Shown here piece by piece: positions 18,843-29,339 of a DNA stretch of 64,000 nt. The notes under the pieces are model-generated. The model worked only from the letters and a program-made list of their open reading frames with translations. It had not been told where the DNA came from and searched no databases. The stretch spans positions 26,056-90,055 of the forward strand of contig JAGLOO010000047.1 of NCBI GenBank assembly GCA_023138875.1, written 5' to 3'. How positions within the stretch are numbered: the stretch's first letter is position 1; each line of letters starts with the position of its first letter. This DNA comes from Bacteroidales bacterium (lineage in GTDB: Bacteria > Bacteroidota > Bacteroidia > Bacteroidales > GCA-2748055). The translations under genes and the position numbers were made by a program.

Positions 18843-20555
18843 CTACCATGTATAAGTAGTGTGAAATAGATTTACATTTCCCTTCGCATCAGAAACATAG
18901 AGTTCCAGTTCATGGGTGGTGTTGCGGGCTGTTTTTTCACTGTCAAAGGTATAGGTAAGAAGATTATTCTTTGGATCAAATTCAAACAGGGCCCAGCCGT
19001 TGTCGATATAGCCTTCGTATTTTTCAATTCCGGAAAGATCATCGCGTATGGTAAATTTCAGCGCTTTCTTACCTGAAAGATCACTGGCTGCAGATCCATT
19101 CAGCGGAATGATCTCCGGAGCAATTGTATCAACGGATATGGCATAACTCCCGAAGCTTCTCAGGCTGGCCACCACTGCTCCGTTTCGATATTCACCTCCG
19201 GCAGATGATACTACATCTTCATTATCATAAGTAATAAGCAACAGTTTGTTAAGGAGTGAGGTCTCCATACCCTCGGCTTTAATGGAGAGGATATAGGGCA
19301 GGTGAACCGGGGTTTCAGGTGTGTGTATATGGAAGATATCGGTCAGTGTTCCATTTGTCCGGGGTGATGTCGCATACCTGAATTCCAGGTCCTGGTACAG
19401 GGCATTGACCGGTATTTCCACAGTCACTCTACCTTGGTCAAACCTGTTTGGTTCATCATATTTCATGATCTTTACATAGTTGTGATGAGGTGGGTCCACT
19501 GGTAATACCTCTCTTTTTCCGGTTACCTGGAATTTGAGCTCTGACCGGTTTCCAGTCACATCGGTGGCCACTACCCGGATGTTATATATCCTGTTTTCTT
19601 CCATATCCAGGATCCCGTTCTGAATAAGCTGACCGTATATTCGCATCCGGTCATTTGGAAGACGCAGGAGGCGGTGTACCTTGGTTCCGGATCGGATCCT
19701 TTCACCATAATCAATGTGTGCATTAATATACCGGGTTTCGGAAAATGAAAACTCATTCATCACATGGCTGTAAGTCAATTCATCATCCACGAATAGTTGC
19801 AGGGTGTATACACCACACCGGTTTGATGATCCATTCAGATAATCAAATACTTCAACTCCAAATCCGAGGGTTCCGGATGCATCGATCACTGCACCGGATG
19901 GCAGGGTGTAGCATCCATTCTCTGAAACCACCTTAGAAATTAGCTTCTCCGCTGATCCGTTCACCTGACTTCCGTTGCTCGTGGGATAGACATGCAGTGA
20001 AAGGAATCTGGGAGCAACACGGTCCACAATGTCAAAGTTATACTTAAGAACATTGGTGGGATGTTGATTTCCTGAAGTGCGGATTTCAAAATGGAGATGT
20101 GGACCTGAAGAGCTTCCGGTGTTTCCTGAATAGGCAATAAACTCCCCCTTTTCCTGATGGAAGCGATCAGGTTTCAGATAGATATCTACTCCATGGGACC
20201 TGCGCTGGTATTGAATACTTTTCACATATGCTGCAATATCTGGCCGGAAGCGGTCAAGGTGACCATATACCGAAGTATATCCATTTGGATGTGCTATGTA
20301 GATCGATTTTCCGTAACCGTTCGCCTGGACTTTTATCCTGGAAACATATCCGCTTTCAATGGAATAGATATGGTGACCGGTGACCCCCTGGGTTTTTATA
20401 TCGATACCTGAATGAAAGTGATCAGAACGAATCTCACCAAAGTTACCTGAGAGATACATGGGGATTTCTAATGGTGGGCGGAATGATATTTCGCTCTGTC
20501 CAGGTACCTGTAATATAATGATTTGGGATAGAAGAATCAGTATCAGTCTACACAT
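18843..20555 (-). CDS. M23-family metallopeptidase with a large C-terminal extension
   Basis: HSGIDIKT and GNTGSSSGPHLHFEI motifs (HxxxD / HxH of LytM/M23), plus a signal peptide. Confidence 0.85.
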   Translation of the reverse strand: MCRLILILLSQIIILQVPGQSEISFRPPLEIPMYLSGNFGEIRSDHFHSGIDIKTQGVTGHHIYSIESGYVSRIKVQANGYGKSIYIAHPNGYTSVYGHLDRFRPDIAAYVKSIQYQRRSHGVDIYLKPDRFHQEKGEFIAYSGNTGSSSGPHLHFEIRTSGNQHPTNVLKYNFDIVDRVAPRFLSLHVYPTSNGSQVNGSAEKLISKVVSENGCYTLPSGAVIDASGTLGFGVEVFDYLNGSSNRCGVYTLQLFVDDELTYSHVMNEFSFSETRYINAHIDYGERIRSGTKVHRLLRLPNDRMRIYGQLIQNGILDMEENRIYNIRVVATDVTGNRSELKFQVTGKREVLPVDPPHHNYVKIMKYDEPNRFDQGRVTVEIPVNALYQDLEFRYATSPRTNGTLTDIFHIHTPETPVHLPYILSIKAEGMETSLLNKLLLITYDNEDVVSSAGGEYRNGAVVASLRSFGSYAISVDTIAPEIIPLNGSAASDLSGKKALKFTIRDDLSGIEKYEGYIDNGWALFEFDPKNNLLTYTFDSEKTARNTTHELELYVSDAKGNVNLFHTTYTW

Positions 20556-20642
20556 GGTCTTTCTTCTGAATATAAATTCCCAAAGCTAGAGTTTTATGCC
20601 TGATTTGGAAACATCTGTCATTTATTATTATTAAAATAATTC

Positions 20643-20650
20643 TATATTTG
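20643..20650 (+). promoter_or_regulatory. Candidate -7 promoter box (TATATTTG) for the zapB-like/zapA operon
   Basis: Matches TAnnTTTG, 22 nt upstream of the ATG at 20672. Confidence 0.35.
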
Positions 20651-20671
20651 TATTAATTATATCTCTATTGA

Positions 20672-20965
20672 ATGAGTGTTGAAAAGGTTGAAATACTGGA
20701 AGGAATCAAGGAGAAAATTCAATCGGTGAAAATCCGAATGCGTGAGCATCAGGACGAAAATCATCGGTTGAAGCATAAGAATGAGGAACTCCAACAAGTG
20801 GTTCAGCAAAAACAGTCATTGATTGATGAATTGGAACAAAAAAATCAGCAGTTGTCGCTGGTTAAAAGTATCATGGCCGACAGTGAAGATACACACGACG
20901 CCAGGATACGAATAAATAGAATTGTGCGGGAGATTGACAAGTGTATTGCTCTTTTAAACAAATAA
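20672..20965 (+). CDS. Coiled-coil protein (ZapB-like) preceding zapA
   Basis: 97 aa and almost entirely heptad-like Q/E/K/L sequence. It lies directly upstream of zapA. The function is inferred. Confidence 0.45.
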   Translation: MSVEKVEILEGIKEKIQSVKIRMREHQDENHRLKHKNEELQQVVQQKQSLIDELEQKNQQLSLVKSIMADSEDTHDARIRINRIVREIDKCIALLNK

Positions 20966-20975
20966 TGTGTGGATT

Positions 20976-21266
20976 ATGGATAAGCCGCTTTCCATAAAGG
21001 TTCAGATTGCAGAACGGTTTTATCCGCTGAAGATAAAACGGGAGGACGAGGAGAAGATTAGAAAAGCAGCCAGTTTAATTAATGGTAAGGTCTTACAGTA
21101 CAAACAGAGATATACGGACAAGGATGCTCAGGACTTTATGGCCATGGCTGCACTTCAATTTGTGATAAATCTACTAGATTGCGAACATCAACAAAATGTT
21201 GTATCTTTGGAAGAGGAGTTAGGAGTTTTAAGTAGTGAACTGGATAATTTATTAAATAAAGAGTAA
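20976..21266 (+). CDS. zapA: Cell division protein ZapA
   Basis: SIKVQIAERFYPLKIKREDEEKIRKAASLINGKVLQYKQRY is ZapA-like. The track start at 20967 is a GTG, and the first ATG is at 20976. Confidence 0.8.
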   Translation: MDKPLSIKVQIAERFYPLKIKREDEEKIRKAASLINGKVLQYKQRYTDKDAQDFMAMAALQFVINLLDCEHQQNVVSLEEELGVLSSELDNLLNKE

Positions 21267-21290
21267 TAGCGTTCTTATACATATTAAGAG

Positions 21291-21494
21291 TTTGCCCGCA
21301 TTGTTTCTTCAATTATTTTTGAAACTCAACATTTATTACATTGGAACCAAGCTCGGGTTGTAAAGAGCAGGCCAAAATCCCGGTTAGCCGGGATACTGAT
21401 ACGTTCGGTCATTGGACACTCGATATGATCTGGCAGTTCCTCCCATGACATATTGGGGTTTTATAAAGTTTTGAAGAAGGATGCGGGTTTTTTA
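21291..21494 (+). ncRNA. ssrS: Structured rod-like RNA of about 200 nt, candidate 6S RNA
   Basis: The closing helix is CCCGCAT-tgt-TTCTTCAA (21295-21312), which pairs with TTGAAGAA-gg-ATGCGGG (21471-21487), followed by TTTTTT. A perfect 7-bp hairpin, ATCCCGG-TTAG-CCGGGAT (21377-21394), sits at the exact midpoint. GGAAC/GTTCC pairs between the two arms. The element lies directly downstream of zapA, as ssrS does in E. coli. Confidence 0.45.
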
Positions 21495-21514
21495 TTGTCT
21501 AAAATGAACAACCT

Positions 21515-23089
21515 ATGGAACTGTTAATGCAATTATTGGTGTTACAGACACCTATGGTCCTGTATCTTGTGATCGGAGGAGTTTCGTTGCTGGTGGGGAC
21601 AGGTGTTGCATTTTTCGTTTTCAACACAGTGGTGAAAAAGAAGAGCAACAACGTTATTAGAGAGGCTGAAGGTGAAGCCGAGATGATTAAGCAGCAGAAG
21701 ATACTGCAGGCCAAGGAGAAATTCCTTCAGTTAAAGGAGGAACATGAAAAGGTCATCAATGAGAAGAATAGTAAGCTGAATCAGCGTGAGAATGAGGTAA
21801 AACAGAAGGAGTTTTCCATTTCCCAGAAGCATGAAGATGTGCAGAGGAAAAATCATGAAATGGATACCGTTCGTGAAAACCTCAGTGTACAACTTGACAT
21901 TGTAGAAAAAAAGAGAGAGGAACTGGAAAGATCACACCGGATGCAGGTGGAACAGCTTGAAACCATCTCGGGTTTTTCTGCGGAAGAAGCCAAGTCACAA
22001 CTTGTAGAATCCTTGAAAGAGGAAGCCAGGACCGAGGCCATGTCCCTTATCAATGAAATTGTTGATGAGGCGAAGATGACGGCAAATAAAGAGGCTAAGA
22101 ACATTGTAATCAAAACCATCCAGCGGGTGGCCAGTGAGACGGCCATTGAAAATGCTGTGACTGTATTTCACATTGAATCGGATGAGCTAAAAGGTCGGAT
22201 CATTGGCCGCGAAGGACGGAATATTCGGGCCCTTGAGGCAGCCACCGGAGTGGAAGTGATCGTGGATGATACCCCGGAAGCCATCATCCTGTCAGCATTT
22301 GATCCTGTCAGAAGGGAAGTAGCCAGGTTATCCCTGCATCAGCTGGTAACCGACGGAAGGATACATCCTGCCAGGATTGAAGAAGTCGTGGCCAAAACCC
22401 GGAAACAAATTGAAGAGGAGATTGTTGAGGTGGGTAAGCGCACTGCCATTGACCTTGGTATTCATGGACTGCATCCTGAACTCACACGAATGGTGGGCAA
22501 AATGAAGTACCGTTCTTCTTATGGTCAGAACCTGCTGAAGCATTCCCGGGAAGTATCCAATCTATGTGCAATCATGGCAACGGAACTGGGATTGAATGCA
22601 AAACTTGCCAGGCGGGCCGGATTGCTGCACGACATTGGGAAGGTGCCCGACGATGAGCCGGAAATACCACATGCAGTGTTTGGAATGAAACTGGCTGAGA
22701 GGTACAAAGAGAAAGCCGAAGTTTGCAATGCCATCGGATCCCACCATGATGAGGTTGAGATGACCACCTTGCTGGCTCCTGTTGTCCAGGTCTGTGATGC
22801 CATTTCAGGAGCGAGACCCGGAGCCCGTCGAGAAGTGGTAGAGTCCTATATCAAACGGCTGAAGGAGCTGGAAGCAATGGCATTGTCTTACCCGGGTGTA
22901 TTGAAAACATATGCAATCCAGGCAGGGCGTGAACTCAGGGTTATCGTGGGAAGCGAAAAGGTGTCGGATAAGGATGCGGAGAGTCTTTCCTTTGACATTG
23001 CACGTAAGATCCAGGATGAAATGACCTATCCGGGACAGGTGAAGATCACCGTGATCAGAGAAACCCGTGCCATAAGCTATGCCAAGTGA
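21515..23089 (+). CDS. rny: Ribonuclease Y
   Basis: N-terminal TM helix, coiled coil, KH domain ([15 protein letters not shown]) and HD domain (LLHDIGK ... GSHHD). Confidence 0.95.
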   Translation: MELLMQLLVLQTPMVLYLVIGGVSLLVGTGVAFFVFNTVVKKKSNNVIREAEGEAEMIKQQKILQAKEKFLQLKEEHEKVINEKNSKLNQRENEVKQKEFSISQKHEDVQRKNHEMDTVRENLSVQLDIVEKKREELERSHRMQVEQLETISGFSAEEAKSQLVESLKEEARTEAMSLINEIVDEAKMTANKEAKNIVIKTIQRVASETAIENAVTVFHIESDELKGRIIGREGRNIRALEAATGVEVIVDDTPEAIILSAFDPVRREVARLSLHQLVTDGRIHPARIEEVVAKTRKQIEEEIVEVGKRTAIDLGIHGLHPELTRMVGKMKYRSSYGQNLLKHSREVSNLCAIMATELGLNAKLARRAGLLHDIGKVPDDEPEIPHAVFGMKLAERYKEKAEVCNAIGSHHDEVEMTTLLAPVVQVCDAISGARPGARREVVESYIKRLKELEAMALSYPGVLKTYAIQAGRELRVIVGSEKVSDKDAESLSFDIARKIQDEMTYPGQVKITVIRETRAISYAK

Positions 23090-24144
23090 TGAAGCGGGTA
23101 CTTGTAACAGGAACAGCAGGATTTATCGGGTTCCACCTTGCCAGGAAACTGGTTGATCTTGGGTTCCATGTCACCGGTCTGGACAACATTAACGATTACT
23201 ATGATGTAGAACTGAAATATGCAAGGCTTAAACAGTCAGGCATATCCCCGGATAAAATTTCTTATAACCAGCTTGTATCCAGTAGTATATCCGATAATTA
23301 TCAATTTATTCAGCTCCAACTCGAAGACAGAGATGCACTCCATGAGCTATTTGCGAATAGCAGCTTCGATGTGGTGGTAAATCTTGCCGCCCAGGCAGGA
23401 GTCCGTTATAGCCTTACCAATCCCCAGGCCTATATTGATTGTAATATAACAGGTTTCCTGAATGTGCTGGAGGCCTGCAGGCACCATCCGGTTGACAACC
23501 TGATTTACGCAAGCAGTTCAAGCGTATACGGGTTAAACAAGCTGATGCCCTTTTCTGTCAGCTCCAATGTGGATCATCCGGTAAGTTTGTATGCTGTCAG
23601 TAAGAAAAGCAATGAACTGATGGCTCATGCTTACAGCCATCTTTTTGGTATACCTACCATCGGACTGCGTTTCTTTACCGTTTACGGTCCCTGGGGGCGA
23701 CCGGATATGGCATTGTTCTTATTTACGAAAGCAATCATTGAAGGCAAACCTATCCAGGTTTTTAACCATGGTAAGATGGAACGGGATTTCACCTACGTAG
23801 ACGATATTGTGGGAGGGATCGAACAAATGGTTATACAATCCCCACCCGGACCGGCAGAAGGCTGGGATCCTGCATCACCCGATCCATCGGTTTCTTCAGC
23901 ACCATACAGGATTTATAACATCGGAAACAGCGGTCCTGTAAAACTGAATGACTTTATTGAAGCTATTGAACAAGCTGTTGGGAGGAAAGCGACCAGGGAG
24001 ATGATGCCCATTCAACCCGGTGATGTGGAAAAGACCTGGGCCGATGTCTCTGCCCTGGTAAATGACTACGGTTATAGTCCAAACACCCCGGTTGAAGAAG
24101 GTATTCGGAAATTCGTCGACTGGTACAGGAATTACTACAAATAG
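23089..24144 (+). CDS. NAD-dependent epimerase/dehydratase (UDP-glucuronate 4-epimerase-like)
   Basis: Rossmann motif VLVTGTAGFIGFHL and the YAVSKKSNE (YxxxK) catalytic motif. The ATG at 23089 overlaps the rny stop (TGATG). The track start at 23086 is a GTG. Confidence 0.85.
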   Translation: MKRVLVTGTAGFIGFHLARKLVDLGFHVTGLDNINDYYDVELKYARLKQSGISPDKISYNQLVSSSISDNYQFIQLQLEDRDALHELFANSSFDVVVNLAAQAGVRYSLTNPQAYIDCNITGFLNVLEACRHHPVDNLIYASSSSVYGLNKLMPFSVSSNVDHPVSLYAVSKKSNELMAHAYSHLFGIPTIGLRFFTVYGPWGRPDMALFLFTKAIIEGKPIQVFNHGKMERDFTYVDDIVGGIEQMVIQSPPGPAEGWDPASPDPSVSSAPYRIYNIGNSGPVKLNDFIEAIEQAVGRKATREMMPIQPGDVEKTWADVSALVNDYGYSPNTPVEEGIRKFVDWYRNYYK

Positions 24145-24149
24145 TGCTT

Positions 24150-25007
24150 TTACTTGCTGCGAAACAGCTGCTTCAACATAGCTGCTTTATCGGGCTGTCC
24201 CGATCGGTCATACGCGTACTGAAGGTTTATAACCAGGCGCTCAATGATATCAACATTGGAACAGGGCTTGTAGTAAAACTCCTTCTCTTCGATTTTCAGC
24301 TGACTTAAAAAGTGCCTTAACTCTCTCAGTCCCAGAACTTCCCCGTTGTCTGAAGGATTGATATAGAAAAGAATACCGTTGGGATCATCCTGGAAATCCT
24401 GGTCATAATAGCACAGTACGAAATTCCGTGGAAGGTTTACTCCGAATATGGGAAGGTTCAGCCTTCTTGCAAGTTCGGCATAAATCAAACCCAGTAGCAC
24501 GGGACTGCCCTTGTGAGTATCAATGACATGGTTGATCAGATATAGCTGGGGAGTATGGGCTATTTTAAGGCTCTTAGCAAACTTGTGGATGTCATACATG
24601 AAGTAGTTGATCACCTTCACTTTCTCAAGGGCTGTTAACTCGTTGTTGAGTTCAAGCCAGATATCCCGTTTGATCTTCTCGATCATTTCATTGATAGGAT
24701 CAAATCCAAGATCAGGGTACTGGAATCGTGCTACAAAATAAGCGCCATAGAGAAGGTCACTTCCCCCCGAAGTTTTCCAGGCCTCCATATCACGTGCCAG
24801 GATATTGAATTGGATTTGCTTGATCACATTCTCGATTTTTTCCTGCAAATCGGGTTTGAGTGTTGCTTCCCAGCGTTTTTCAAGCGGCAGAACAACTTCT
24901 TCGCCCAATTCAATGAGGCGATCTGCTACTGTACCGAAAATCTGACTGTCGGGATCCTCCAGCAGTCTCATCAAAGCTTCAAGTTCTTTATGGCTATGAC
25001 CGGTCAT
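24150..25007 (-). CDS. Transglutaminase-like / SirB1 (YchA)-family protein
   Basis: The region KGSPVLLGLIYAELARRLNLPIFGVNLPRNFVL resembles the SirB1/UPF0162 core. Assignment from memory only. Confidence 0.5.
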   Translation of the reverse strand: MTGHSHKELEALMRLLEDPDSQIFGTVADRLIELGEEVVLPLEKRWEATLKPDLQEKIENVIKQIQFNILARDMEAWKTSGGSDLLYGAYFVARFQYPDLGFDPINEMIEKIKRDIWLELNNELTALEKVKVINYFMYDIHKFAKSLKIAHTPQLYLINHVIDTHKGSPVLLGLIYAELARRLNLPIFGVNLPRNFVLCYYDQDFQDDPNGILFYINPSDNGEVLGLRELRHFLSQLKIEEKEFYYKPCSNVDIIERLVINLQYAYDRSGQPDKAAMLKQLFRSK

Positions 25008-25881
25008 TCAACACCAGTTTTTCAAGGACCATTTTTATCAAATTATCCACAGGCGGTTTGTAGTCCTCCAGGAAATCTTTTGTAACACGGTTTGCGATGG
25101 CCACACAGATTGTAATTGCTTCGTGTCCGAGCATTGCAGATAGTGCATATAGCGCGGAGCTCTCCATTTCGAAATTATTGACGCGCATTCCATTGAAACT
25201 GAAAGATCCTATTTTCCGGATCAGGTCTTCATCAAATGGGGAAAGACGGAGGGAACGGACCTGTGGGGCATAAAAGCCAGGTGTTGAAAGGGTAATTCCG
25301 CAGAATTGATCTGGTCTGGAAAAAAGATTGATCAGTTGTTCAGATCCTTCTGTAAAATACGGATCAGACAGGTTTTTTGTCCACCCGGTGTAATTTATGA
25401 ATGCCTCTGATAATTCTGGGATGGAAACGCCTTTGTTATCCTGGTAAAAGTAGTACAATCCGTCAAATCCTCCTGCAACATGCGATACAATTTCAGATCC
25501 TGCCGGAATATCCGAATGAAGGGCACCACTGGTCCCGATCCGGATCAATTTCAGATGTTTATGGCTGGTCCTGATCGTCCGGTTTCCAAGGTCCACATTC
25601 ACAAGTGCATCCAGTTCGTTGAGGACAATATCGATGTTATCTGTACCGATCCCGGTTGAGAGTACACTGATGCGCTTTCCTTTATACGTACCTGTGTGGG
25701 TGACAAACTCACGGTTTTCTTTCTGAATTTCCACACTGTCAAAATGGGAGGATACCTGGGTTACCCGTCCAGGATCACCTACAAGAATGATGGTATCGGA
25801 TATATCACCGGGTAAAAGATGAAGGTGATATATGCTTCCGTCAGGATTTAATATCAGGTCTGTAGGTGAAATAGTGTCCAT
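24994..25881 (-). CDS. Nucleoside phosphorylase (PNP/UDP family)
   Basis: ILVGDPGRV..., GKRISVLSTGIGTDNIDIV and a C-terminal FEMESSALY motif are typical of uridine/purine nucleoside phosphorylases. It overlaps the downstream gene by 14 nt. Confidence 0.75.
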   Translation of the reverse strand: MDTISPTDLILNPDGSIYHLHLLPGDISDTIILVGDPGRVTQVSSHFDSVEIQKENREFVTHTGTYKGKRISVLSTGIGTDNIDIVLNELDALVNVDLGNRTIRTSHKHLKLIRIGTSGALHSDIPAGSEIVSHVAGGFDGLYYFYQDNKGVSIPELSEAFINYTGWTKNLSDPYFTEGSEQLINLFSRPDQFCGITLSTPGFYAPQVRSLRLSPFDEDLIRKIGSFSFNGMRVNNFEMESSALYALSAMLGHEAITICVAIANRVTKDFLEDYKPPVDNLIKMVLEKLVLNDRS

Positions 25882-25970
25882 TGAGCCTCTTTTGCAACAT
25901 TTTCAATAAAAATAGTGTATTTTTACAGCCTCATGGAAAATACTTACACACAAAACAAAATTCCATAGTT

Positions 25971-26783
25971 ATGAAAAAAATGCAATATGTAGTTGTAAGC
26001 GTGGTGGCCCTTGTGGTGCTGTTGCTTATCTTTGGCAGTCAGATGTTTTTTGTTCTTAAGCCAGGGGAACGTGCGGTCATTTTTAAGAAATTTGGTGCCG
26101 GACTTGATAAGGAGAATATTTTCATTCCCGGATTCCACATCATTGCACCCTGGAATGACTTGATCCGCTATGATGTGAGGGAACAGAAGAGCGAGGAGAC
26201 CATGGACGTTCTTGACAAAGGTGGACTCTCTATCAATGTGGATGTGACCATCATTTTCAATCCTTTTTATGAAAAAATCGGTCATCTCCACGAAAGCATT
26301 GGTGTCAATTATGTTAATGTGATGGTGACACCTAACGTAAGGTCATCTGTAAGGGCAGTGACCGGTCGTTATTCTGCGGAAGAGATATACTCCACCAAAC
26401 GCAGCGAGGTAGAGGCCGCTATTATTAAAACTACCCGGGAAGCGTTGAAGCTAAAGAACATTGAGATGAAGGATCTGCTGATCCGTTCCATAACTTTGCC
26501 CGGCACGATCAAGCAGGCCATTGAAAGCAAGTTAGAGCAACAGCAGGAAGCACTGGCTTACCAGTTCAGACTGGACAGGGAAGAGAGTGAAGCTCAAAGA
26601 AAGAGGATTGAGGCCCAGGGGATCGCAGATTATAACCGCATCATCAGTGCCTCCCTTACCGACCGCATACTGCAACAGAAGGGTATTGATGCAACCCTGG
26701 AACTGGCCAGCTCACCCAACAGCAAAGTAGTTGTGATTGGAAGCGGGGATGATGGAATGCCCCTGATCCTGGGTGGAAATTAA
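25971..26783 (+). CDS. SPFH/band-7 (prohibitin-like) membrane protein
   Basis: The ATG at 25971 gives MKKMQYVVVSVVALVVLLLIFG, an anchor. The SPFH body follows (ERAVIFKKFG..., coiled AEAQRKRIEAQGIADYN). The track start at 25881 is a TTG extension. Confidence 0.85.
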   Translation: MKKMQYVVVSVVALVVLLLIFGSQMFFVLKPGERAVIFKKFGAGLDKENIFIPGFHIIAPWNDLIRYDVREQKSEETMDVLDKGGLSINVDVTIIFNPFYEKIGHLHESIGVNYVNVMVTPNVRSSVRAVTGRYSAEEIYSTKRSEVEAAIIKTTREALKLKNIEMKDLLIRSITLPGTIKQAIESKLEQQQEALAYQFRLDREESEAQRKRIEAQGIADYNRIISASLTDRILQQKGIDATLELASSPNSKVVVIGSGDDGMPLILGGN

Positions 26784-26795
26784 ACGCTGCAGGCC

Positions 26796-27254
26796 ATGTT
26801 GCAACGATCACAGACCCTCTACTTGCTGGGGGTCTTTTTCCTTTCTTTATTCCTGTTTACCGGACCACTGGCGCTGATCACACTGGAAGGAGGGGAGCTT
26901 ATTCTGAAGAATTCAGGAGTTTTCGACATGGAAGGGATGAAAATGGATGTGGCAACCTGGCCGCTGACCCTGTTTTTTATCCTGGTGGCCGTACTGATTT
27001 TCTTAACTATCTTCTCCTATAAGAACCGGGTAAGACAGATGCGCCTCTGTGTTTTTCTGATGCTGCTCAATGCCGGGATGGTAGTTCTGGTATTTTATTA
27101 TATCTACTTTATCAGGATGAAGTTTGACGGACTGCAGACCATCCATCAATGGAGAATTGTTCTTCCAGCCATAGCCATCATCCTGATATACCTGGCGTTC
27201 AGAAGGATTCGCAGGGATGAGTTGCTGGTAAAAGCGTACGATAGGATCAGATGA
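26796..27254 (+). CDS. DUF4293-like small membrane protein
   Basis: 152 aa with 4 TM segments. The start, MLQRSQTLYLLGVFFLSLFLF, is typical of this Bacteroidota family. The 3' end overlaps the pyrI 3' end by 8 nt (convergent). Confidence 0.55.
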   Translation: MLQRSQTLYLLGVFFLSLFLFTGPLALITLEGGELILKNSGVFDMEGMKMDVATWPLTLFFILVAVLIFLTIFSYKNRVRQMRLCVFLMLLNAGMVVLVFYYIYFIRMKFDGLQTIHQWRIVLPAIAIILIYLAFRRIRRDELLVKAYDRIR

Positions 27255-27702
27255 TTTCTATATTATCCTGGTTGGTGATCTTTTCGCAATAGTGGCATTT
27301 AAGCTTCACCTCCGATTTTGAAACCACATCGAACTTTGTACTCACCTCTTCGTTATTGGTGATGCATTTAGGATTCACACATTTAACGATATCCACAATC
27401 ACATCAGGGATAGCAACCACTCTCTTTTCCACTACTTCGTAATTGCGGATGATATTCAATTTTGCACTGGGGGCCACCAGTGCTATTTTATTGATATCAT
27501 TGTCCTGGAAAAACACCTCGGATAACTTGATAATCCCTTTCTTCCCCAGTTTCTTACTTCCCAGGCTGTTTCCGATGGTGATCATGGTATCCAGTTTATC
27601 CAGGTTCAGAATGGAGACCACTTTGAATAATACAGAAGCCGGTATATGGTCGATCACGGTTCCTTCTCTTATCGCGCTGACTGATAGTTGTTTATCTTTC
27701 AT
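27247..27702 (-). CDS. pyrI: Aspartate carbamoyltransferase regulatory subunit
   Basis: LSVSAIREGTVIDHIPA and the C-terminal Zn-binding CxxxxC...CxxC (CVNPKCITN...CHYCEK). Confidence 0.9.
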   Translation of the reverse strand: MKDKQLSVSAIREGTVIDHIPASVLFKVVSILNLDKLDTMITIGNSLGSKKLGKKGIIKLSEVFFQDNDINKIALVAPSAKLNIIRNYEVVEKRVVAIPDVIVDIVKCVNPKCITNNEEVSTKFDVVSKSEVKLKCHYCEKITNQDNIEII

Positions 27703-27733
27703 CTGTCAAAATTCTATTCGATTAATCAAGTAA

Positions 27734-28642
27734 TTACTTCACTCCTAATATGGAACTGAGGATTGCCATGCGCACGAATACACCATTCCTGGCCTGGTCA
27801 AAGTAGTAGGCATGCGGACTATCATCCACATCTGTATGAATTTCGTTCACCCTGGGGAGGGGATGAAGGACCTTCATGGTCTTCTTGGTTCCTTCGAGCA
27901 TACTTCTCCGAAGGATATAGGCATTTTTAACCCTCTCATATTCAATAGGATCGGTAAATCGCTCCTGTTGTACCCGGGTCATATAAATGATGTCTGCCTC
28001 TGTTAAGAATTCAGTTAGATCTTTTCCTTCGTGATAGTTCAATCCGATTTTATCCAGTTGGATCTTATAGGTGTCCGGCATCATCAATTCATCCGGAGAG
28101 ATAAAATAGAAAGTGGCATTGAATTTGGACATGGCCTGGAGCAGGGAATGCACCGTACGGCCATACTTCAGGTCTCCAACCATGAAGATCTTCAGGTTAG
28201 TGAGTGTGCCCTGGGTCTTCAGAATGGAATACATGTCCAGCAGGGTTTGGGTGGGGTGTTGATTGGCGCCATCTCCGGCATTAACGATGGGTACGGAAGA
28301 GACTTCACTTGCTAGCCTGGCACTGCCTTCAAGTGGATGACGCATAACAATCAGATCGGCATAATTACTCACCATTTTAATGGTGTCATGCAGGGTTTCT
28401 CCTTTGGATGCGCTGGTAGCGCCTGAATCACTGAAACCTATGACCCTTCCACCCAGGCCATTGATGGCCGTTTCAAAACTTAACCGGGTTCTTGTTGAGG
28501 GCTCAAAGAAAAGGGTTGAGATCACAAATCCGTTCAGGATATCCTGCCTGGGTTGTTTTTCAAACCCTTCAGCCAGTTCCAGGATCCGCAGATATTCCTC
28601 CTTGGTGAAATCTGTGATTGAAACGAGATTTTTGTTTTTCAT
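27734..28642 (-). CDS. pyrB: Aspartate carbamoyltransferase catalytic subunit
   Basis: Carbamoyl-phosphate binding motif [13 protein letters not shown] plus the HPTQ and HPLPR motifs. Confidence 0.95.
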   Translation of the reverse strand: MKNKNLVSITDFTKEEYLRILELAEGFEKQPRQDILNGFVISTLFFEPSTRTRLSFETAINGLGGRVIGFSDSGATSASKGETLHDTIKMVSNYADLIVMRHPLEGSARLASEVSSVPIVNAGDGANQHPTQTLLDMYSILKTQGTLTNLKIFMVGDLKYGRTVHSLLQAMSKFNATFYFISPDELMMPDTYKIQLDKIGLNYHEGKDLTEFLTEADIIYMTRVQQERFTDPIEYERVKNAYILRRSMLEGTKKTMKVLHPLPRVNEIHTDVDDSPHAYYFDQARNGVFVRMAILSSILGVK

Positions 28643-28675
28643 CCGTAAAAATTTTCCAGTTAGTATGATTTATTA

Positions 28676-28683
28676 CAAATATA
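28676..28683 (-). promoter_or_regulatory. Candidate -7 promoter box (TATATTTG) for pyrBI
   Basis: The minus strand reads TATATTTG, 34 nt upstream of the pyrB ATG. Confidence 0.35.
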
Positions 28684-28736
28684 ATATAGTGTCTGTTGGA
28701 CGATCCGGAATGTTTATAATATCTTAAAACTTCCAT

Positions 28737-29339
28737 TCAATCCAATTCAACTACCCTGCATCCTTCAATTGTTGAAAACCTGTCCAAAACCTGGATCTCT
28801 GTGCGTTTCCAAATGTTTAATATAAGCGAGCACCTCAGATCAAACTGCCGGTCATCAAACCCCAGCTGAAAGTCTTTGATTACTTTCATCACCGAATTCA
28901 TCTGAGTATATTCGAATTCCAGTTTCAGGCGGCTATATACTTTCAACTCAATGATACAGGCCCGGTCCAGTGCGTCGGATGCAGCAGACCTGTAAGCATT
29001 GATCAAACCACCCACACCCAGTAATTTGCCACCAAAATAGCGAACCACCACCACCAGTACATCGGTAAGGTCCCTCGACTGGATCTGTCCAAATATGGGT
29101 TTCCCTGCAGAGCCAGAAGGTTCCCCATCATCATTTACCCTGTAACGATCCATATCTTCTCCCAGCCGCCATGCGAAACAATGATGACGCGCATCGTGAT
29201 AATGCTTTTGCAAATCTGTGATTTGTGCCTTGATGATGTTTTCAGAGCCCACGGGAAAGGCAAAAGCCAGGAATTTACTGCCCTTATCTTTATAGAGGCC
29301 TTCTGATGGTGATTGTATGGTTTTAAACAGATCGTTCAT
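28737..29339 (-). CDS. YigZ / IMPACT-family protein
   Basis: KGSKFLAFAFPV..., ARHHCFAWRLG and DDGEPSGSAGKPI are the UPF0029 signatures. Confidence 0.85.
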   Translation of the reverse strand: MNDLFKTIQSPSEGLYKDKGSKFLAFAFPVGSENIIKAQITDLQKHYHDARHHCFAWRLGEDMDRYRVNDDGEPSGSAGKPIFGQIQSRDLTDVLVVVVRYFGGKLLGVGGLINAYRSAASDALDRACIIELKVYSRLKLEFEYTQMNSVMKVIKDFQLGFDDRQFDLRCSLILNIWKRTEIQVLDRFSTIEGCRVVELD

